Origin: an uncultured delta proteobacterium | GTDB lineage: Bacteria > Desulfobacterota > Binatia > UBA9968 | NCBI GenBank assembly: GCA_963727625.1 | Contig: CAVSHR010000009.1 | Coordinates: 352,001-416,000, forward strand | Direction of reading: 5' to 3' | Length of the DNA stretch: 64,000 nt | Shown: positions 1 to 13,366 of the stretch, in pieces | Position numbering within the stretch: position 1 is the stretch's first letter | Layout: every line of letters begins with the position of its first letter | Made by a program: the position numbers and the translations under genes | Notes under the pieces: model-generated | Told to the model about the DNA's origin: nothing | The model's input: the letters and a program-made list of their open reading frames with translations, nothing else | Databases searched by the model: none

Positions 1-660
<660 letters not shown>

Positions 661-661
661 T

Positions 662-678
662 TATGAATGGAGCTCATA
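662..678. promoter_or_regulatory. Putative LysR binding box (TATGA-N7-TCATA, contains T-N11-A)
   Basis: Palindrome tatga-atggagc-tcata lies immediately upstream of the LysR start, in the divergent intergenic region. Confidence 0.55.
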
Positions 679-783
679 GGTCCATGCGAAATCTACCCTC
701 TAATCACACGCCTCCGCAACTGTTACATTTCCTTCATCAGACAAATGAACTTGGATTGAATGCGCCAAGAAAGGAATCAGAAA

Positions 784-1194
784 ATGGATATTAAAAGAAG
801 CGGCTCACAGCCTTCCGGCAAAGGACCGGCAGAGTATTTTACCGGCACTGTGCGTATCGATCCGCTGTTCGAGGCGCCCGGTCCGGCACGCGCGCGCGGC
901 ACGAGGGTCACATTCGAGCCCGGCGCCCGCTCTGCATGGCAAACCCATCCGCTGGGTCAGACCCTGATCGTCACTTCGGGGTCTGGCTGGGTGCAAAGCG
1001 AAGGTGGTCCAAAAGTGGAAATACGACCGGGCGACGTGGTCTCGTGCCCGCCGAATGAGAAGCATTGGCATGGCGCCACGCCGACTACGGCCATGACCCA
1101 CATCGCCATTCAAGAGCAGCTCGACGGCAAAGTCGTCGAGTGGATGGAGAAGGTCAGCGACGAGGAATACCAGGCCTCCAGTTCCACTCTTTGA
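784..1194 (+). CDS. Cupin domain protein
   Basis: [26 protein letters not shown]...[18 protein letters not shown]...KHWHGA; the first cupin His appears replaced by Gln. Confidence 0.85.
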   Translation: MDIKRSGSQPSGKGPAEYFTGTVRIDPLFEAPGPARARGTRVTFEPGARSAWQTHPLGQTLIVTSGSGWVQSEGGPKVEIRPGDVVSCPPNEKHWHGATPTTAMTHIAIQEQLDGKVVEWMEKVSDEEYQASSSTL

Positions 1195-2203
<1,009 letters not shown>

Positions 2204-2276
2204 TCGGCGCAATGCCATGACAAGGCGCCCGAATCCTGTGACCCCAACAACCTTCACCGGAAAGAGGTAAATCATT

Positions 2277-3311
2277 ATGCGCGCAACTATCATGTTCGGC
2301 GCCGGCGACGTTCGTATCGAGAACGTTCCCGACGCCCGTATTATCGAGCCCACCGATGCGCTCGTCGCCGTCAGCCGCGCCTGCATCTGCGGCAGCGATC
2401 TCTGGCCGTACAAAACAATGGAACACAGCGATACCGGACGGCGCATGGGACACGAGGCCATCGGTGTCGTCGAAGCCGCCGGTGCCGACCTGCGCACCAT
2501 CAAAGCCGGCGACGTCGTCGTCATGCCGTTCGCGTACTCCGACGGCACCTGTGCTTTCTGCCGTGAAGGGCTGCACACGTCGTGCGTCCACGGCGGGTTC
2601 TTCGGCATCGACGGCATGGACGGAGCACAGGCCGAAGCGCTGCGCGTCCCCCATGCGGACGGAACACTCTTCGTCCTGCCCGTCGGCAAAGACGCCGCGC
2701 TGATGCCTTCCCTCCTCACACTCTCAGACGTGATGGGCACCGGCCATCATGCCGCGGTCGCCGCCAAGGTCGGCGCTGGGAAATCAGTCGCCGTCGTCGG
2801 AGACGGCGCCGTTGGTTTGTGCGGCGTCATCGCCGCGCGGCGCCTCGGCGCCGAGCAGATCATCATCCTCGGCCGCCATGCCGACCGGATCGCGCTCGCC
2901 CGAGAGTTCGGCGCAACCGACGTTGTGAGCGAGCGGGGTGACGCGGCGGTTGAGCGCGTACGCGAGCTCACCGGCGGCTTGGGCGTTCACTCCGTCCTCG
3001 AGTGCGTCGGCCTCCAAGAGTCGATGCGCACCGCGATCGGTATCGCGCGTCCGGGCGGCGCAGTCGGCCGCGTCGGCGTTCCCCAGGACGAGACCATGCC
3101 GGCGTCGCAGCCGGCGTTCTACAACAACGTGACCGTGAGCGGCGGACCCGCCCCGGTCCGCGCCTACATCGAGGAGCTTCTGCCGGACATCATCGAGGGC
3201 AGGATCGAGCCCGGCCGGGTCTTCGACCGGGTCGTGCCCCTCGACGAGGTGCCTGACGGCTACCGCGCGATGGATGAACGCGAGGCGATCAAGGTCATGG
3301 TCAAGCCCTGA
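2277..3311 (+). CDS. Zinc-dependent alcohol dehydrogenase (MDR family)
   Basis: CICGSDL, GHEAIG and GDGAVG motifs. Confidence 0.9.
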   Translation: MRATIMFGAGDVRIENVPDARIIEPTDALVAVSRACICGSDLWPYKTMEHSDTGRRMGHEAIGVVEAAGADLRTIKAGDVVVMPFAYSDGTCAFCREGLHTSCVHGGFFGIDGMDGAQAEALRVPHADGTLFVLPVGKDAALMPSLLTLSDVMGTGHHAAVAAKVGAGKSVAVVGDGAVGLCGVIAARRLGAEQIIILGRHADRIALAREFGATDVVSERGDAAVERVRELTGGLGVHSVLECVGLQESMRTAIGIARPGGAVGRVGVPQDETMPASQPAFYNNVTVSGGPAPVRAYIEELLPDIIEGRIEPGRVFDRVVPLDEVPDGYRAMDEREAIKVMVKP

Positions 3312-3350
3312 GGCGGCCAACCACACGGCAGCACAGAAGGAGGAACGCAG

Positions 3351-3755
3351 ATGACCGCATGGACAAGCGACGATCTCGATAAGATCGGAACAGCGGAAGA
3401 ACTAAAGATCGCATCACTGCGACGCGACGGCAGGCTGCGCAACCCGGTGACGATCTGGGTCGTCCGCCGCGGCGACGACCTCTACGTCCGTTCTGCCTAC
3501 GGGCGTACCTCCGGCTGGTTCCGCGGCACCCAGGAGCGCCACGAAGGTCACATCCGTGCCGGCGACATCGACAAGGACGTTCGCTTCGTCGAAGCCGACG
3601 AGGAAGTCAATGACGAGATCGACGCCGCCAACCGCACCAAGTACCGCCGCTACTCCGCCCGATACGTCGACCCCATCGTAGCCTCTGAGGCGCGCTCCGC
3701 GACGATCAAGCTCGTGCCGCGCTCAACCAGTCGCGCGACAGGCAACGCGAGGTGA
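3351..3755 (+). CDS. DUF2255-family protein
   Basis: MTAWTSDDLDKIG...PVTIWVVR.GDDLYVRSAYG; RBS aggagg upstream. Confidence 0.75.
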   Translation: MTAWTSDDLDKIGTAEELKIASLRRDGRLRNPVTIWVVRRGDDLYVRSAYGRTSGWFRGTQERHEGHIRAGDIDKDVRFVEADEEVNDEIDAANRTKYRRYSARYVDPIVASEARSATIKLVPRSTSRATGNAR

Positions 3756-4507
3756 GATCTAGGAATCGGGAGTATTTTCCCGGCGGCATCTTTCGTGATG
3801 AACCAGGTGAGTTGTCCGTTCGATGGCTGGACTCGGCCCGCTGGATAATCAAACGACTTCGAATCCGCGCCGAATAAATGTCCCGCAATCGCCGACTTGC
3901 TAGCGCCGGCGACCAGAAAACTCACCTGCGCGGCATTGTTGATGACCGGAAGGGTCAGCGTCAAGCGGTGGGTCTTGAACTTTTCGACGTAGGGCGCTGC
4001 AACCAGATGGTCCAGCTCGTTCAACGCCGTCGTGCCGGGAAACAGCGACGCGGTATGACCGTCCTCGCCGAAGCCGAGCAGGATTAAATCGAAGCGCGGC
4101 AGTTGATCTGGGGCCAATTTGAAGAAATCGCGCAGCTCGCCTTCATAATCCGCGGCCGCCTCGTTTGGTTCTTTCTCGCCGGCCATACGGTGGATATTTT
4201 GCCCAGGAATCTGAATCTTACTCAGCAGGGCTTCCTTGACCATGCGAAAATTACTTTCGGCATGATCCGCTGGAACGCAGCGTTCATCGCCCCAGAAAAG
4301 ATGGACGCAAGCCCAATCAATACGCTCACGGTAGTCGGGCGACGCCAACAACGAATAGAGTGCTTTCGGCGTCGAGCCGCCGGAGAGCGCGACTGCGAAG
4401 CGTCCCGAACGCGCTATCGATTCGTTCGCCGATGCGATGAATTGCGCCGCGGCCTTGCGGTTCAATTCGTCGACGTCCCGGCAGATGATGAGTTCAGGTT
4501 TAGTCAC
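3650..4507 (-). CDS. pgl: 6-phosphogluconolactonase
   Basis: ALSGGSTP, FWGDERCV and GEDGHTASLFP motifs; last gene of the PPP operon. The C-terminus overlaps the convergent DUF2255 gene. Confidence 0.92.
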   Translation of the reverse strand: MTKPELIICRDVDELNRKAAAQFIASANESIARSGRFAVALSGGSTPKALYSLLASPDYRERIDWACVHLFWGDERCVPADHAESNFRMVKEALLSKIQIPGQNIHRMAGEKEPNEAAADYEGELRDFFKLAPDQLPRFDLILLGFGEDGHTASLFPGTTALNELDHLVAAPYVEKFKTHRLTLTLPVINNAAQVSFLVAGASKSAIAGHLFGADSKSFDYPAGRVQPSNGQLTWFITKDAAGKILPIPRSHLALPVARLVERGTSLIVAERASEATMGSTYRAE

Positions 4508-5501
4508 CGGAAATAAATGCCGCGTAATAGGCGGCGCCGCGCAGCGCCGCTCGCTCGTTCAAGACGACTTGAACCGGCATCGCCGCCAGTAAATCGGTGT
4601 AGCGCCCCTTGTCGAGGAAGGCGCGCATGAACGTGCCGTCCTTGAGCTTGTCGAGGATCTTCGGCGCGATGCCGCCGCCGATGTAGAGCCCGCGCACTGA
4701 TTTCGCGCGCAGCGCGAGATTGCCAGCTTCGGCGCCGTAAACCGAGACGAAAAGATTCAGCGCTTCGACGCAGATCGCCGCCTCTCCGGCGAGCGCTGCC
4801 TTGGAAATCTCCGCGCTCGGATCTTCCGCCGCGGCCAGCCGCGCGCTCAGCCACTCCGGCTCCTCGAGGCGGCGAACCTCTTTTAAAAATTGATAAATAT
4901 TGAACAGCCCGGGTCCGGATGCCACCCGTTCGTAGCTCACATGGCCGAAGCGGCCGATCAAGTAGCGCAGGAGCTCGATTTCCAACTCATTGCGCGGCGC
5001 GAAGTCGCCGTGGCCGCCCTCGGAAGCCGACGGCTGGAATCGCCGACCGTCGTCGAACAGGATCGCTTGTCCCAAGCCGGTGCCCGCGGCGATCAAAGCT
5101 TTGTTCCCGGCGTGGCGCATGGTGCCTTCGTTGAGCGTGAAGAACTCATCGTTCTCGAGCGTGAACAGACCGTAGGCGGTGGCTTCCAGATCGTTGAGCA
5201 AGCTCACGCCGTCGAGCTTCAGAACCCGGCGCAAGTCTTCGATATCGACCATCCAGGGAAGATTCGGAGTCTTAACCTTGCCGTCGACCACCGCGCCGGC
5301 GATGCCGAAACAGGCGGCCTCGATAGCCGGATGGGACTCGGCAAGAAAATCTTCCAACACCGGGACCAAACCGGAATAGCGCTTGCTGGAAAAAGTTTTC
5401 AGCCCCTCCGAATGGAGCGCCTCGCCATGCACCGAGAACAGCGCCAAATTGGTCTTGGTGCCGCCGATGTCGCCAGCGAGGACGAGTTTTTTGCCAGCCA
5501 T
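4500..5501 (-). CDS. glk: Glucokinase
   Basis: LAGDIGGTKT, LLNDLEA, GTGLG, SEGGH and GGGIAPK motifs. Confidence 0.93.
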   Translation of the reverse strand: MAGKKLVLAGDIGGTKTNLALFSVHGEALHSEGLKTFSSKRYSGLVPVLEDFLAESHPAIEAACFGIAGAVVDGKVKTPNLPWMVDIEDLRRVLKLDGVSLLNDLEATAYGLFTLENDEFFTLNEGTMRHAGNKALIAAGTGLGQAILFDDGRRFQPSASEGGHGDFAPRNELEIELLRYLIGRFGHVSYERVASGPGLFNIYQFLKEVRRLEEPEWLSARLAAAEDPSAEISKAALAGEAAICVEALNLFVSVYGAEAGNLALRAKSVRGLYIGGGIAPKILDKLKDGTFMRAFLDKGRYTDLLAAMPVQVVLNERAALRGAAYYAAFISGD

Positions 5502-5545
5502 AGTCTAATTTTACCACTCCCCGGAGAGTTCGATTTTTCTTATTC

Positions 5546-7090
5546 TCACGGCTTGCGCCAACGGCGCCCGTCTTTCTGCATGAATTCGTCGGCCTCTCTC
5601 GGTCCCCAGGAGCCACCCTCGTAATTGGGAAAATTTTTCGGCTTGCTCAGACTCCAGACCTGGACGATCGGATCCATCAGCGCCCAAGCCAGTTCGACCC
5701 AGTCGTGGCGTGTGAACAGCGTCGAATTGCCTTCTATGCAATCTTCCAAAAGCGTTTCGTAGGAGTCCGGCGGGCTGTTGCCGAAGGACTCCTCATAGTT
5801 GAAATTCAAACTCAGCGGGCTCATGCAGATATCCGGTCCGGGCGGCTTGACCTCGAAGGTGAGCGAGATGCCTTCGTCTGGCTGAATACGAATGACCAAT
5901 ACGTTGGGGGTCACGTCATCGACCGCGCAAGCCTTGAACAGCAACATGGGCGGACGCTTGAATTGGATGGCGATTTCCGTGACCCGCTTGGCCATGCGCT
6001 TGCCCGAGCGCAGGTAAAACGGCACTCCTTCCCAGCGCCAGCTGTCGATCCACAGCTTCATCCCCGCGTAGGTAACAGTATTCGATTGTTTCGCCACCCC
6101 GGATTCCGCGCGATAGCCCGGCACCGATTTGTTGCCTATTTTTCCGACGCCGTATTGGCCGCGCACCGCCGCCGTTGAAACCTCCTCGGGCGCGATCGGC
6201 CGCACCGCGCGCAGCAGCTTGCCCTTTTCATCGCGCACTTCTTCGGCGTTGAAGCTCACCGCCGGTTCCATCGCCGTCAGGCAAAGCAACTGCAGCAGAT
6301 GGTTCTGAAACATATCGCGTACGACGCCGGCCTCTTCGTAATAACCGCCGCGATTTTCCACGCCGACGCTTTCCGCCGCGGTGATCTGCACATGGTCGAC
6401 GTAGCGGCGGTTCCAGATCGGCTCGAAAACCGCGTTGGCGAAGCGGAACACCATGATATTTTGCACGGTCTCTTTGCCGAGATAGTGATCGATGCGATAG
6501 ATCTGCTTTTCATCGAGCACGTCATGCACGCGGCGGTTGAGCTCCCGCGCGGTTTCCAGATCGGTGCCGAAGGGTTTTTCGATCACCACCCGGGCGCGCG
6601 ATTCGTCGTCGCCTTCCTTGACCGCCAACCCCGCCGCGGAGATTCTCTCGACCACCGAGCCGTAAAGATCCGGCGGTGTCGCCAGATAAAAAACTCGCGC
6701 CGGCAGAACCCGCCCGCCGCGATCGAAGCCCTCGACGAATTCCTTGAGGTTTTGATAACCTTGCGGATCTTCGTAGCCGCCGCGGACGTAATACAGCGTG
6801 GCCGCGAACTGCTGCCAAATACTGTCGTCACTTAACCCGGTGCGGGAAAACTCTTTGACCGCGTCGCGCATCTTGTCGCGAAACGCCTCATGGGTCATCT
6901 CGCTGCGCGCGTAGCCGACTACGGTAAAACGCTCGGGTAAACGTTTTTCCAGAGCCAGGTTGTAGAGCGCCGGCATCAGTTTGCGCTTGGTGAGATCGCC
7001 GGAAGCGCCGAAAATCACCAGCACACAGGAGTGCGGTTTTTTCGCTGCGTTGAGCCCTTCGAGAACGTAATCATGCGGATCGCTCGCCAT
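5546..7090 (-). CDS. zwf: Glucose-6-phosphate 1-dehydrogenase
   Basis: GASGDL, EKPFG and RIDHYLGKE motifs. Confidence 0.96.
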   Translation of the reverse strand: MASDPHDYVLEGLNAAKKPHSCVLVIFGASGDLTKRKLMPALYNLALEKRLPERFTVVGYARSEMTHEAFRDKMRDAVKEFSRTGLSDDSIWQQFAATLYYVRGGYEDPQGYQNLKEFVEGFDRGGRVLPARVFYLATPPDLYGSVVERISAAGLAVKEGDDESRARVVIEKPFGTDLETARELNRRVHDVLDEKQIYRIDHYLGKETVQNIMVFRFANAVFEPIWNRRYVDHVQITAAESVGVENRGGYYEEAGVVRDMFQNHLLQLLCLTAMEPAVSFNAEEVRDEKGKLLRAVRPIAPEEVSTAAVRGQYGVGKIGNKSVPGYRAESGVAKQSNTVTYAGMKLWIDSWRWEGVPFYLRSGKRMAKRVTEIAIQFKRPPMLLFKACAVDDVTPNVLVIRIQPDEGISLTFEVKPPGPDICMSPLSLNFNYEESFGNSPPDSYETLLEDCIEGNSTLFTRHDWVELAWALMDPIVQVWSLSKPKNFPNYEGGSWGPREADEFMQKDGRRWRKP

Positions 7091-7092
7091 CG

Positions 7093-7989
7093 TTAGCCTT
7101 TCTTCACGGCGTGGCCGCCGAATTCATTGCGCAGCGCGGCGATCACTTTGGCCGAGAACGAATCCTCCTGGCGCGAGGCAAAGCGCGCGAACAACGAAAG
7201 CATCAGCACCGGCGCCGGCACGCTCCGCTCAATCGCTTCCTGCACGGTCCAGCGCCCTTCGCCGGAATCGTCCACGTAGCCTTTGATCGCTGCCAGCTGC
7301 GGATCTTTTTGAAAGGCACTTTCGGCCAATTCCAACAACCAGGAGCGCACCACGCTGCCCTGGTTCCAGAGGTGGGAGATCTTGGCGAGATCGAGCTCGT
7401 ACTGCGAGGCCTTGAGCAATTCGAATCCTTCGCCGTAGGCTTGCAGCATGCCGTACTCGATGCCGTTGTGAATCATTTTGACGTAATGGCCGGCGCCATT
7501 GGGACCGACGTGGAGATAACCGTCCGGCGGCGCCAGGGTTTTGAAGATCGGCTCGAGCCGTTCGACGATTTCCTTTTCGCCGCCGATCATCAGGCAGTAG
7601 CCGACCTGCAGTCCCCAAACCCCGCCGCTCGTGCCGGCATCGACGAAATGCATGCCCTGCGCCGTCAATTTCTCGGCGCGGCGAATGGAGTCTTTGTAGT
7701 TCGAATTGCCGCCGTCGATGAGCACATCGCCCTTGGTAAGATTGGGCAGCAGTTGGTCGATGGTCTGGTCCACCGGATCGCCCGACGGCACCATCAGCCA
7801 AATGGCCCGCGGCGCCGTCAATTGTTTGACGAAATCGGCCAGCGAGTGGGCACCCAGCGCGCCTTTGTCGACAACTCTCTGAATCGCCTCGGCGCTCCGA
7901 TCGTAGCTTACGATGCGATGACCGCCGAGCACCAACCGTTCGGTCATGTTGGCACCCATGCGGCCAAGCCCGATCATCCCCAGTTCCAT
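7093..7989 (-). CDS. gnd: 6-phosphogluconate dehydrogenase (decarboxylating, short type)
   Basis: GLGRMG, DGGNS, KMIHNGIEYG and LRNEFGGHAV motifs. Confidence 0.93.
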   Translation of the reverse strand: MELGMIGLGRMGANMTERLVLGGHRIVSYDRSAEAIQRVVDKGALGAHSLADFVKQLTAPRAIWLMVPSGDPVDQTIDQLLPNLTKGDVLIDGGNSNYKDSIRRAEKLTAQGMHFVDAGTSGGVWGLQVGYCLMIGGEKEIVERLEPIFKTLAPPDGYLHVGPNGAGHYVKMIHNGIEYGMLQAYGEGFELLKASQYELDLAKISHLWNQGSVVRSWLLELAESAFQKDPQLAAIKGYVDDSGEGRWTVQEAIERSVPAPVLMLSLFARFASRQEDSFSAKVIAALRNEFGGHAVKKG

Positions 7990-8014
7990 GTTCGTTTCCC
8001 CTTTCGTGGAGACT

Positions 8015-10768
8015 CTACGAAAGCAAGTTTTTAGCCAACTGTTTCAAGCCGCCCGCACGATCACCGCCCAAGTTCACTCGGAGGACGCGCCGGCGCCGCT
8101 GTTTGAGCGCGGTAAAGTCGCCCAAGCCCTGGGCTCGAATCAAGGCGTCGAAAGTATAATCATTTTCCGGCACCGCCAAGTTTTCACTCGGCTGGTCGAC
8201 GATCTGCAGAACCAGCACCGAGTTAGGACCGCCCTTGTGCAGCTGGCCGGTGGAGTGCAGGAAGCGCGGACCGAATCCGAGAGTCGTCGCCACACCCAAC
8301 CGGCTCTGCAGCGCTGCACAAATTTCCGCCAGCAATGCGCGATGCTCCGCCGACGGATCGATGTAGGCCTGCACGGAAATGTAGTCGCGATTTTTTTTCC
8401 TCTCGAGCCATGACGCGACGGCTTGCGGCAAGCCATCGGCACCGGCCGCGATTTCATTTTTACCGGCACCGGCGCTTTTGCCGCCGCGCGCAGCCATGGC
8501 CTTTTTTGCCAGGTCCTTGGCCAGCTGCACATCGGGCTGGTTAAACGGATTGATCTCGAGCACCGCGCCGGCCGCCGCCACCGCGAACTCCCAGCGGAAA
8601 AACTCCTGGCCGATATCGTACTTGTCTTTCAAATCGACGCGCGCCACCGGGTGGCCGTTGGCGGCCAGGGCCGCGAGCCGGCGATCGAGGGCGAGGTTAT
8701 CGTCGGATTCGAGGCGAAGGTAGACAAAGAAACGGTCCGCACCGTATTTTTCCGGCGCAGCGAAATATTCTCCGGCCACGGGCACGATGCCTTTGCGCTC
8801 TTTGCCGGTGCTCTCGGCGATCAATTGCTCGACCCAGCAAGGAAACGCGCCGAGCGACGGCGAGCAGAGAAAAGTCACCTTATCGCGCTTGGCCAAAGTC
8901 AATTCGCCTAGCACCGCGCCGAGTAACAGCCCCGGATTGCGCCCGTCCGCAACAGACGGGCCACAGGCCTCGCTCATGCGCCGCGCGCGGGCGAGCACGG
9001 CGCCGACATCGACGCCGATCAGCGCCGCCGGCACGAGGCCGAACACGGTGAGCGCCGAATAACGCCCGCCGACTTCCACCGGCGCGCTGAAGGTCGCCCG
9101 GAAGTGGCGCTCCTTGGCGAGGACTTCCAAAGGCGTGCCGGGATCGGTGATAGCGACAAAGTGGCCGCCCGGCGCATCTTCGATTTGTCTGAGCTTGTCC
9201 CAGAAATAGCAGAAGAACGAATGGGTCTCTGTGGTCGTACCGGACTTGCTCGACACGACAAACAGCGTGCGCGCCAGGTCGACGCGCGCTTCGATCGCTT
9301 TGACCGCCGACGGGTGGGTGCTGTCGAGCACCTGCAAGGCTGGATAGCCCGCCGCGTTGCCAAAGGTCTGTTGAAATACTTCCGGCGCCAAGCTCGATCC
9401 GCCCATGCCGAGGAGCACGACATGGCGGATGCCGTCCGCCTTGACCTGATCGGCCAGGGCGCGCAGCTGCGCAACTTGCTGCGCCATCGACTCGGGTAAT
9501 TCGAGCCAGCCCAGGCGGTCGGCCAGTTCCGGCTGCGGCTGCGCGGACCAAAGCGTATAGTCTTTTTCCCACAGGCGGCCGGCGAATCGACCGTCTTGCC
9601 ATTGGCGCAAGCGCCGGTCGACACGCCGTTTGTAGCCCCCGAGCTGGAGCTCGAGCCGGGCCAATTCGGCGCCGAGCATGGCGCCGCGCTTTTTTTCCAG
9701 CGCCGCCATCAATTGATCGAAGGACGCCGCAAACGCCGCCACGCCGTCTTCCTGCAGCTTTTCGGTAACCGCGTCGAGGTCGATGCCGAGGCTCGCCAGC
9801 CGCGCCAGCGCGCCGTCGGCTTCAGCCAACCCTTCTTTCACGGTGGCGCCGGGAATCTTGCCGTGCTCGCGAAACGCGTTGATGGTATCTGGCGGCAGCG
9901 TGTTGACGGTTTCCGACCCGATCAGATTTTCGACGTAGAGAACATCCGAATAGGCCGGATTTTTCGTGCCCGTGCTCGCCCACAACGGGCGCTGCACACG
10001 CGCGCCGCGCTGGCGCAGGGCCGCAAAGCCCTCGCCGTGAAAAATCTCCAGGAAGCGGCGATAAACCACTTTAGAATTGGCGATGGCAATTTTTCCCGCC
10101 AGCGACTTCGCATCGTCCGTGCCGATCGCCTCCAGAGCCTTATCGACCATCGTGTCGACGCGGCTGACAAAGAAAGAAGCCACCGACGCAACCTTTGATG
10201 GATCGGCGCAGCGCTCCAGGCCTTTGATATAAGCCCGCGCCACCGCTTCGTAGTGGCTCATGGAGAACATCAAGGTCACGTTAATGTTCACTCCCTCAGC
10301 GATCAGCCGCTCGATGGCGGGAATGCCCGCGGCCGTGGCCGGCACTTTGACCATCAAGTTGGGCCGGTTCACCGCAGCTTTGAGTCGTTTCGCCTCGCTG
10401 ATGGTTTTTTCGGTGTCGCCGGCCAGATGAGGTGAGACTTCCAGGCTGACGTAGCCGTCGTCGCCTTGGGTGGCGTCGTAAACCGCGCGCAGCACGTCGG
10501 CCGCCGCTTGAATATCTTCGATGGCGAGCGGCTCGTAAAGCTTGCCGACTTCGGCGTCCTGACTTTCTGCAAGCATGGCGCGCAGCGCCGCGTCGTAGTC
10601 GGTGCTGCCGGCGATCGCCTTCTCGAAGATTGTCGGGTTGCTGGTGACGCCGCGAATGCCGTCTTCTTCGACGAGCCGCTTGAGCTCGCCGCTGCGAATC
10701 AGATTGCGCCGAATGTAATCCAACCAGATCGACTGTCCTTGTTCCGCCAGTGCTTTCAAAGGATTCAT
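8015..10768 (-). CDS. tal-pgi: Bifunctional transaldolase / glucose-6-phosphate isomerase
   Basis: N-terminal [16 protein letters not shown] and VKVPAT; C-terminal GMGGSSL, SSKSGTT, GGRYS and NPFNQPDV. Start placed at MNPLK, after an RBS. Confidence 0.92.
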   Translation of the reverse strand: MNPLKALAEQGQSIWLDYIRRNLIRSGELKRLVEEDGIRGVTSNPTIFEKAIAGSTDYDAALRAMLAESQDAEVGKLYEPLAIEDIQAAADVLRAVYDATQGDDGYVSLEVSPHLAGDTEKTISEAKRLKAAVNRPNLMVKVPATAAGIPAIERLIAEGVNINVTLMFSMSHYEAVARAYIKGLERCADPSKVASVASFFVSRVDTMVDKALEAIGTDDAKSLAGKIAIANSKVVYRRFLEIFHGEGFAALRQRGARVQRPLWASTGTKNPAYSDVLYVENLIGSETVNTLPPDTINAFREHGKIPGATVKEGLAEADGALARLASLGIDLDAVTEKLQEDGVAAFAASFDQLMAALEKKRGAMLGAELARLELQLGGYKRRVDRRLRQWQDGRFAGRLWEKDYTLWSAQPQPELADRLGWLELPESMAQQVAQLRALADQVKADGIRHVVLLGMGGSSLAPEVFQQTFGNAAGYPALQVLDSTHPSAVKAIEARVDLARTLFVVSSKSGTTTETHSFFCYFWDKLRQIEDAPGGHFVAITDPGTPLEVLAKERHFRATFSAPVEVGGRYSALTVFGLVPAALIGVDVGAVLARARRMSEACGPSVADGRNPGLLLGAVLGELTLAKRDKVTFLCSPSLGAFPCWVEQLIAESTGKERKGIVPVAGEYFAAPEKYGADRFFVYLRLESDDNLALDRRLAALAANGHPVARVDLKDKYDIGQEFFRWEFAVAAAGAVLEINPFNQPDVQLAKDLAKKAMAARGGKSAGAGKNEIAAGADGLPQAVASWLERKKNRDYISVQAYIDPSAEHRALLAEICAALQSRLGVATTLGFGPRFLHSTGQLHKGGPNSVLVLQIVDQPSENLAVPENDYTFDALIRAQGLGDFTALKQRRRRVLRVNLGGDRAGGLKQLAKNLLS

Positions 10769-10779
10769 CTTGTTCTCCC

Positions 10780-11238
10780 CTAAGATGATTTTCCGTAGCG
10801 CCGTTCCAGCGCCCGGATCTTCTCTATCCGGCGGCAATGGCGCTCTTCGCCGTTGAATTTTGCCGTCAGGAAATTATCCACAAGTTCGCGCGCCAGTGCG
10901 ACACCGATGACGCGCGCGCCGAGAACTAGTACGTTCATGTCGTCATGCTCCACGCCCTGGCGCGCCGCATAAGTATTGTGGCAAAGACCGGCGCGAATGC
11001 CGGGCATCTTGTTGGCCGCAACCGAAGCACCGACCCCGCTACCGCAAATCAACACGCCGCGCTCGGCTTCGCCGCCGATTAGCGCCTTGCCCACCGCCTC
11101 GGCAAAATCCGGATAATCCACCGGCTGATCGCTATCGGTGCCTTTGTCGATGACCTCGTGGCCGAGATGGCGCAAATAGGCGGCAATGATCTGCTTGAGG
11201 TCATAGCCGGCATGGTCCGCGCCGATAACGATGCGCAT
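10780..11238 (-). CDS. rpiB: Ribose-5-phosphate isomerase B
   Basis: GADHAG, VDYPD and [13 protein letters not shown] motifs. Confidence 0.95.
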   Translation of the reverse strand: MRIVIGADHAGYDLKQIIAAYLRHLGHEVIDKGTDSDQPVDYPDFAEAVGKALIGGEAERGVLICGSGVGASVAANKMPGIRAGLCHNTYAARQGVEHDDMNVLVLGARVIGVALARELVDNFLTAKFNGEERHCRRIEKIRALERRYGKSS

Positions 11239-11240
11239 GC

Positions 11241-13298
11241 TTACCTCGCTTGGCTGAGCTGCTCCTTAGCGGCGGCGACGACATTATCCACCGTAAAGCC
11301 GAATTTTTTCTGCAACTGCTGGTACGGCGCCGAAGCGCCGAACCGCTCCATGCCGATCACTGCGCCGTTGACGCCAACGTACTTCGCCCAGCCGAGCGTC
11401 GAACCCTGCTCCACCGCGACGCGCGCGCTTACGGACATAGGCAATACCTGCTCGCGATACTCCTTGGGCTGGCGCTCGAACAGCTCCCACGACGGCATGC
11501 TGACCACGCGCGCCCGGACGCCGTCTTTATTCAGCCGCTCGTGAGCTTCGACGCAAAGCGACACTTCGCTGCCGGTGGCGAGCAAAATGACCTGAGGCTT
11601 GCCGCCGTCGGCATCGGCCAGAATGTAGGCGCCCTTCGCCAAACCCGCTGCCGGCGCGTACTTCGCGCGATCGAGCGTCGGCAACGCTTGGCGCGTCAGC
11701 GCCAGCGCCACCGGCTCATGTTTCAATTCCATAATCACTCGCCAAGCTTCGGCGACTTCATTGGCGTCCGCCGGGCGCATCACCACCATCCCTGGCATGG
11801 CGCGTAGCGACGCCAGGTGCTCCACCGGCTGGTGCGTCGGGCCGTCTTCGCCGACACCGATAGAATCATGGGTGAAGACATGAAGCTGGGGAATTTCCAT
11901 CAGTGCCGCCAGGCGCAGCGCTGGCCGCGCATAGTCGCTGAAAATTAAAAAGCCGGCGCCAAAGGCGCGCAAGCCGCACAGCACCATGCCGTTGACGATG
12001 GCGGCCATGGCGTGCTCGCGCACGCCGAAGTGAAAATTGCGCGCGCCGTAGCGGCCGGCCTCGAAGTCGGCCGCGCCGTCGAAAGTCAAGCGCGTCTTGG
12101 TCGACGGCGCCAAGTCCGCCGAGCCGCCGATCAGCCATGGAACATTTTTGGCAAGGGCGTTTAACACTTTGCCGGACGAATCGCGTGTCGCCAGCCCCTT
12201 CGGATCGGCGGGAAAACTCGGAATGTCTTTGTCCCAGCCCGCCGGCAGCTCGCGCCGCTGCATGGTCTCGAGCTGATCTGCGAGCTCGGGATACTTACTC
12301 TTATACTCTTGATACTTCGCCATCCAGGCGTCGCGCTCAGCCTGGCCGCGTTTGCCGAGCACTCGGGCGAAGCGTTCCTGCACCCCTTCGGGGACGAAAA
12401 ATTTTTGCTCTTCCGGCCAGCCGTAATTTTTCTTTGCCAGCTTGATTTCTTCTTCGCCGAGCGGTTCGCCATGCGCTGCGGCGGTGTCTTGCTTGTTGGG
12501 CGCGCCGAAGGCGATATGGCTGTCGACGATAACAAATGTCGGCCGATCGTTGGCCTGGCGGAAGCTTTCGAGCGCGCGGCTCAGCGCTTCGCAATCGTTG
12601 GCATCGCTCACGCGCCCCACGTTCCAGCCGTAGGCTTGGAAGCGCTTGCCGACATCTTCGGACAGCGCCAGTTTGGTGCTGCCTTCGATGGAAATCCGGT
12701 TGCTGTCGTAGATCCAGCAAAGATTGGAAAGTTTTAAGTGGCCGGCCAACGACGCCGCTTCGCCGCTGATGCCTTCCATCATATCGCCGTCGCCGCAAAG
12801 CGCGTAAACGGCAAAATCGAACAGTTCGAAGCCCGGCCGATTGAAGTATGACCCAAGCCACTTCGAAGCGATCGCCATGCCGACGCTGTTGGCGACACCT
12901 TGCCCCAGAGGTCCGGTGGTGGTCTCCACGCCTGAGGTTAATCCGTACTCCGGATGGCCGGGCGTCTTGCTGTCGAGCTGGCGGAATTTCTTGATGTCGT
13001 CCAGCGTTAGCGCCGGTTGATTCAGCGGCTGATGTTTTTCATCCACCGCGCGCACGCCGGCGAGCAAAAGCGTCGAATAGAGCAGCATTGAGGCATGTCC
13101 GATGGAAAGCACGAAGCGATCGCGGTTGGGCCAGAGCGGATCGGCCGGGTCGTATTTCAAATGGTGTTGCCAGAGCTCGTACATCACCGGCGCCATCGCC
13201 ATCGGCGTGCCCGGATGGCCCGAGTTGGCCTGCTGCACCGCGTCCATCGCCAAGGTGCGGATGGTGTTGATGCACAACTGATCGATCGATTCACTCAT
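11241..13298 (-). CDS. tkt: Transketolase
   Basis: [21 protein letters not shown] and [16 protein letters not shown] motifs. Confidence 0.96.
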   Translation of the reverse strand: MSESIDQLCINTIRTLAMDAVQQANSGHPGTPMAMAPVMYELWQHHLKYDPADPLWPNRDRFVLSIGHASMLLYSTLLLAGVRAVDEKHQPLNQPALTLDDIKKFRQLDSKTPGHPEYGLTSGVETTTGPLGQGVANSVGMAIASKWLGSYFNRPGFELFDFAVYALCGDGDMMEGISGEAASLAGHLKLSNLCWIYDSNRISIEGSTKLALSEDVGKRFQAYGWNVGRVSDANDCEALSRALESFRQANDRPTFVIVDSHIAFGAPNKQDTAAAHGEPLGEEEIKLAKKNYGWPEEQKFFVPEGVQERFARVLGKRGQAERDAWMAKYQEYKSKYPELADQLETMQRRELPAGWDKDIPSFPADPKGLATRDSSGKVLNALAKNVPWLIGGSADLAPSTKTRLTFDGAADFEAGRYGARNFHFGVREHAMAAIVNGMVLCGLRAFGAGFLIFSDYARPALRLAALMEIPQLHVFTHDSIGVGEDGPTHQPVEHLASLRAMPGMVVMRPADANEVAEAWRVIMELKHEPVALALTRQALPTLDRAKYAPAAGLAKGAYILADADGGKPQVILLATGSEVSLCVEAHERLNKDGVRARVVSMPSWELFERQPKEYREQVLPMSVSARVAVEQGSTLGWAKYVGVNGAVIGMERFGASAPYQQLQKKFGFTVDNVVAAAKEQLSQAR

Positions 13299-13366
13299 AT
13301 TAAAGATCTCCCCGGTCATGGTAACGCTCGGATGCAGCGATGCTCCCCCTTTAGGGGACGCTGGAC

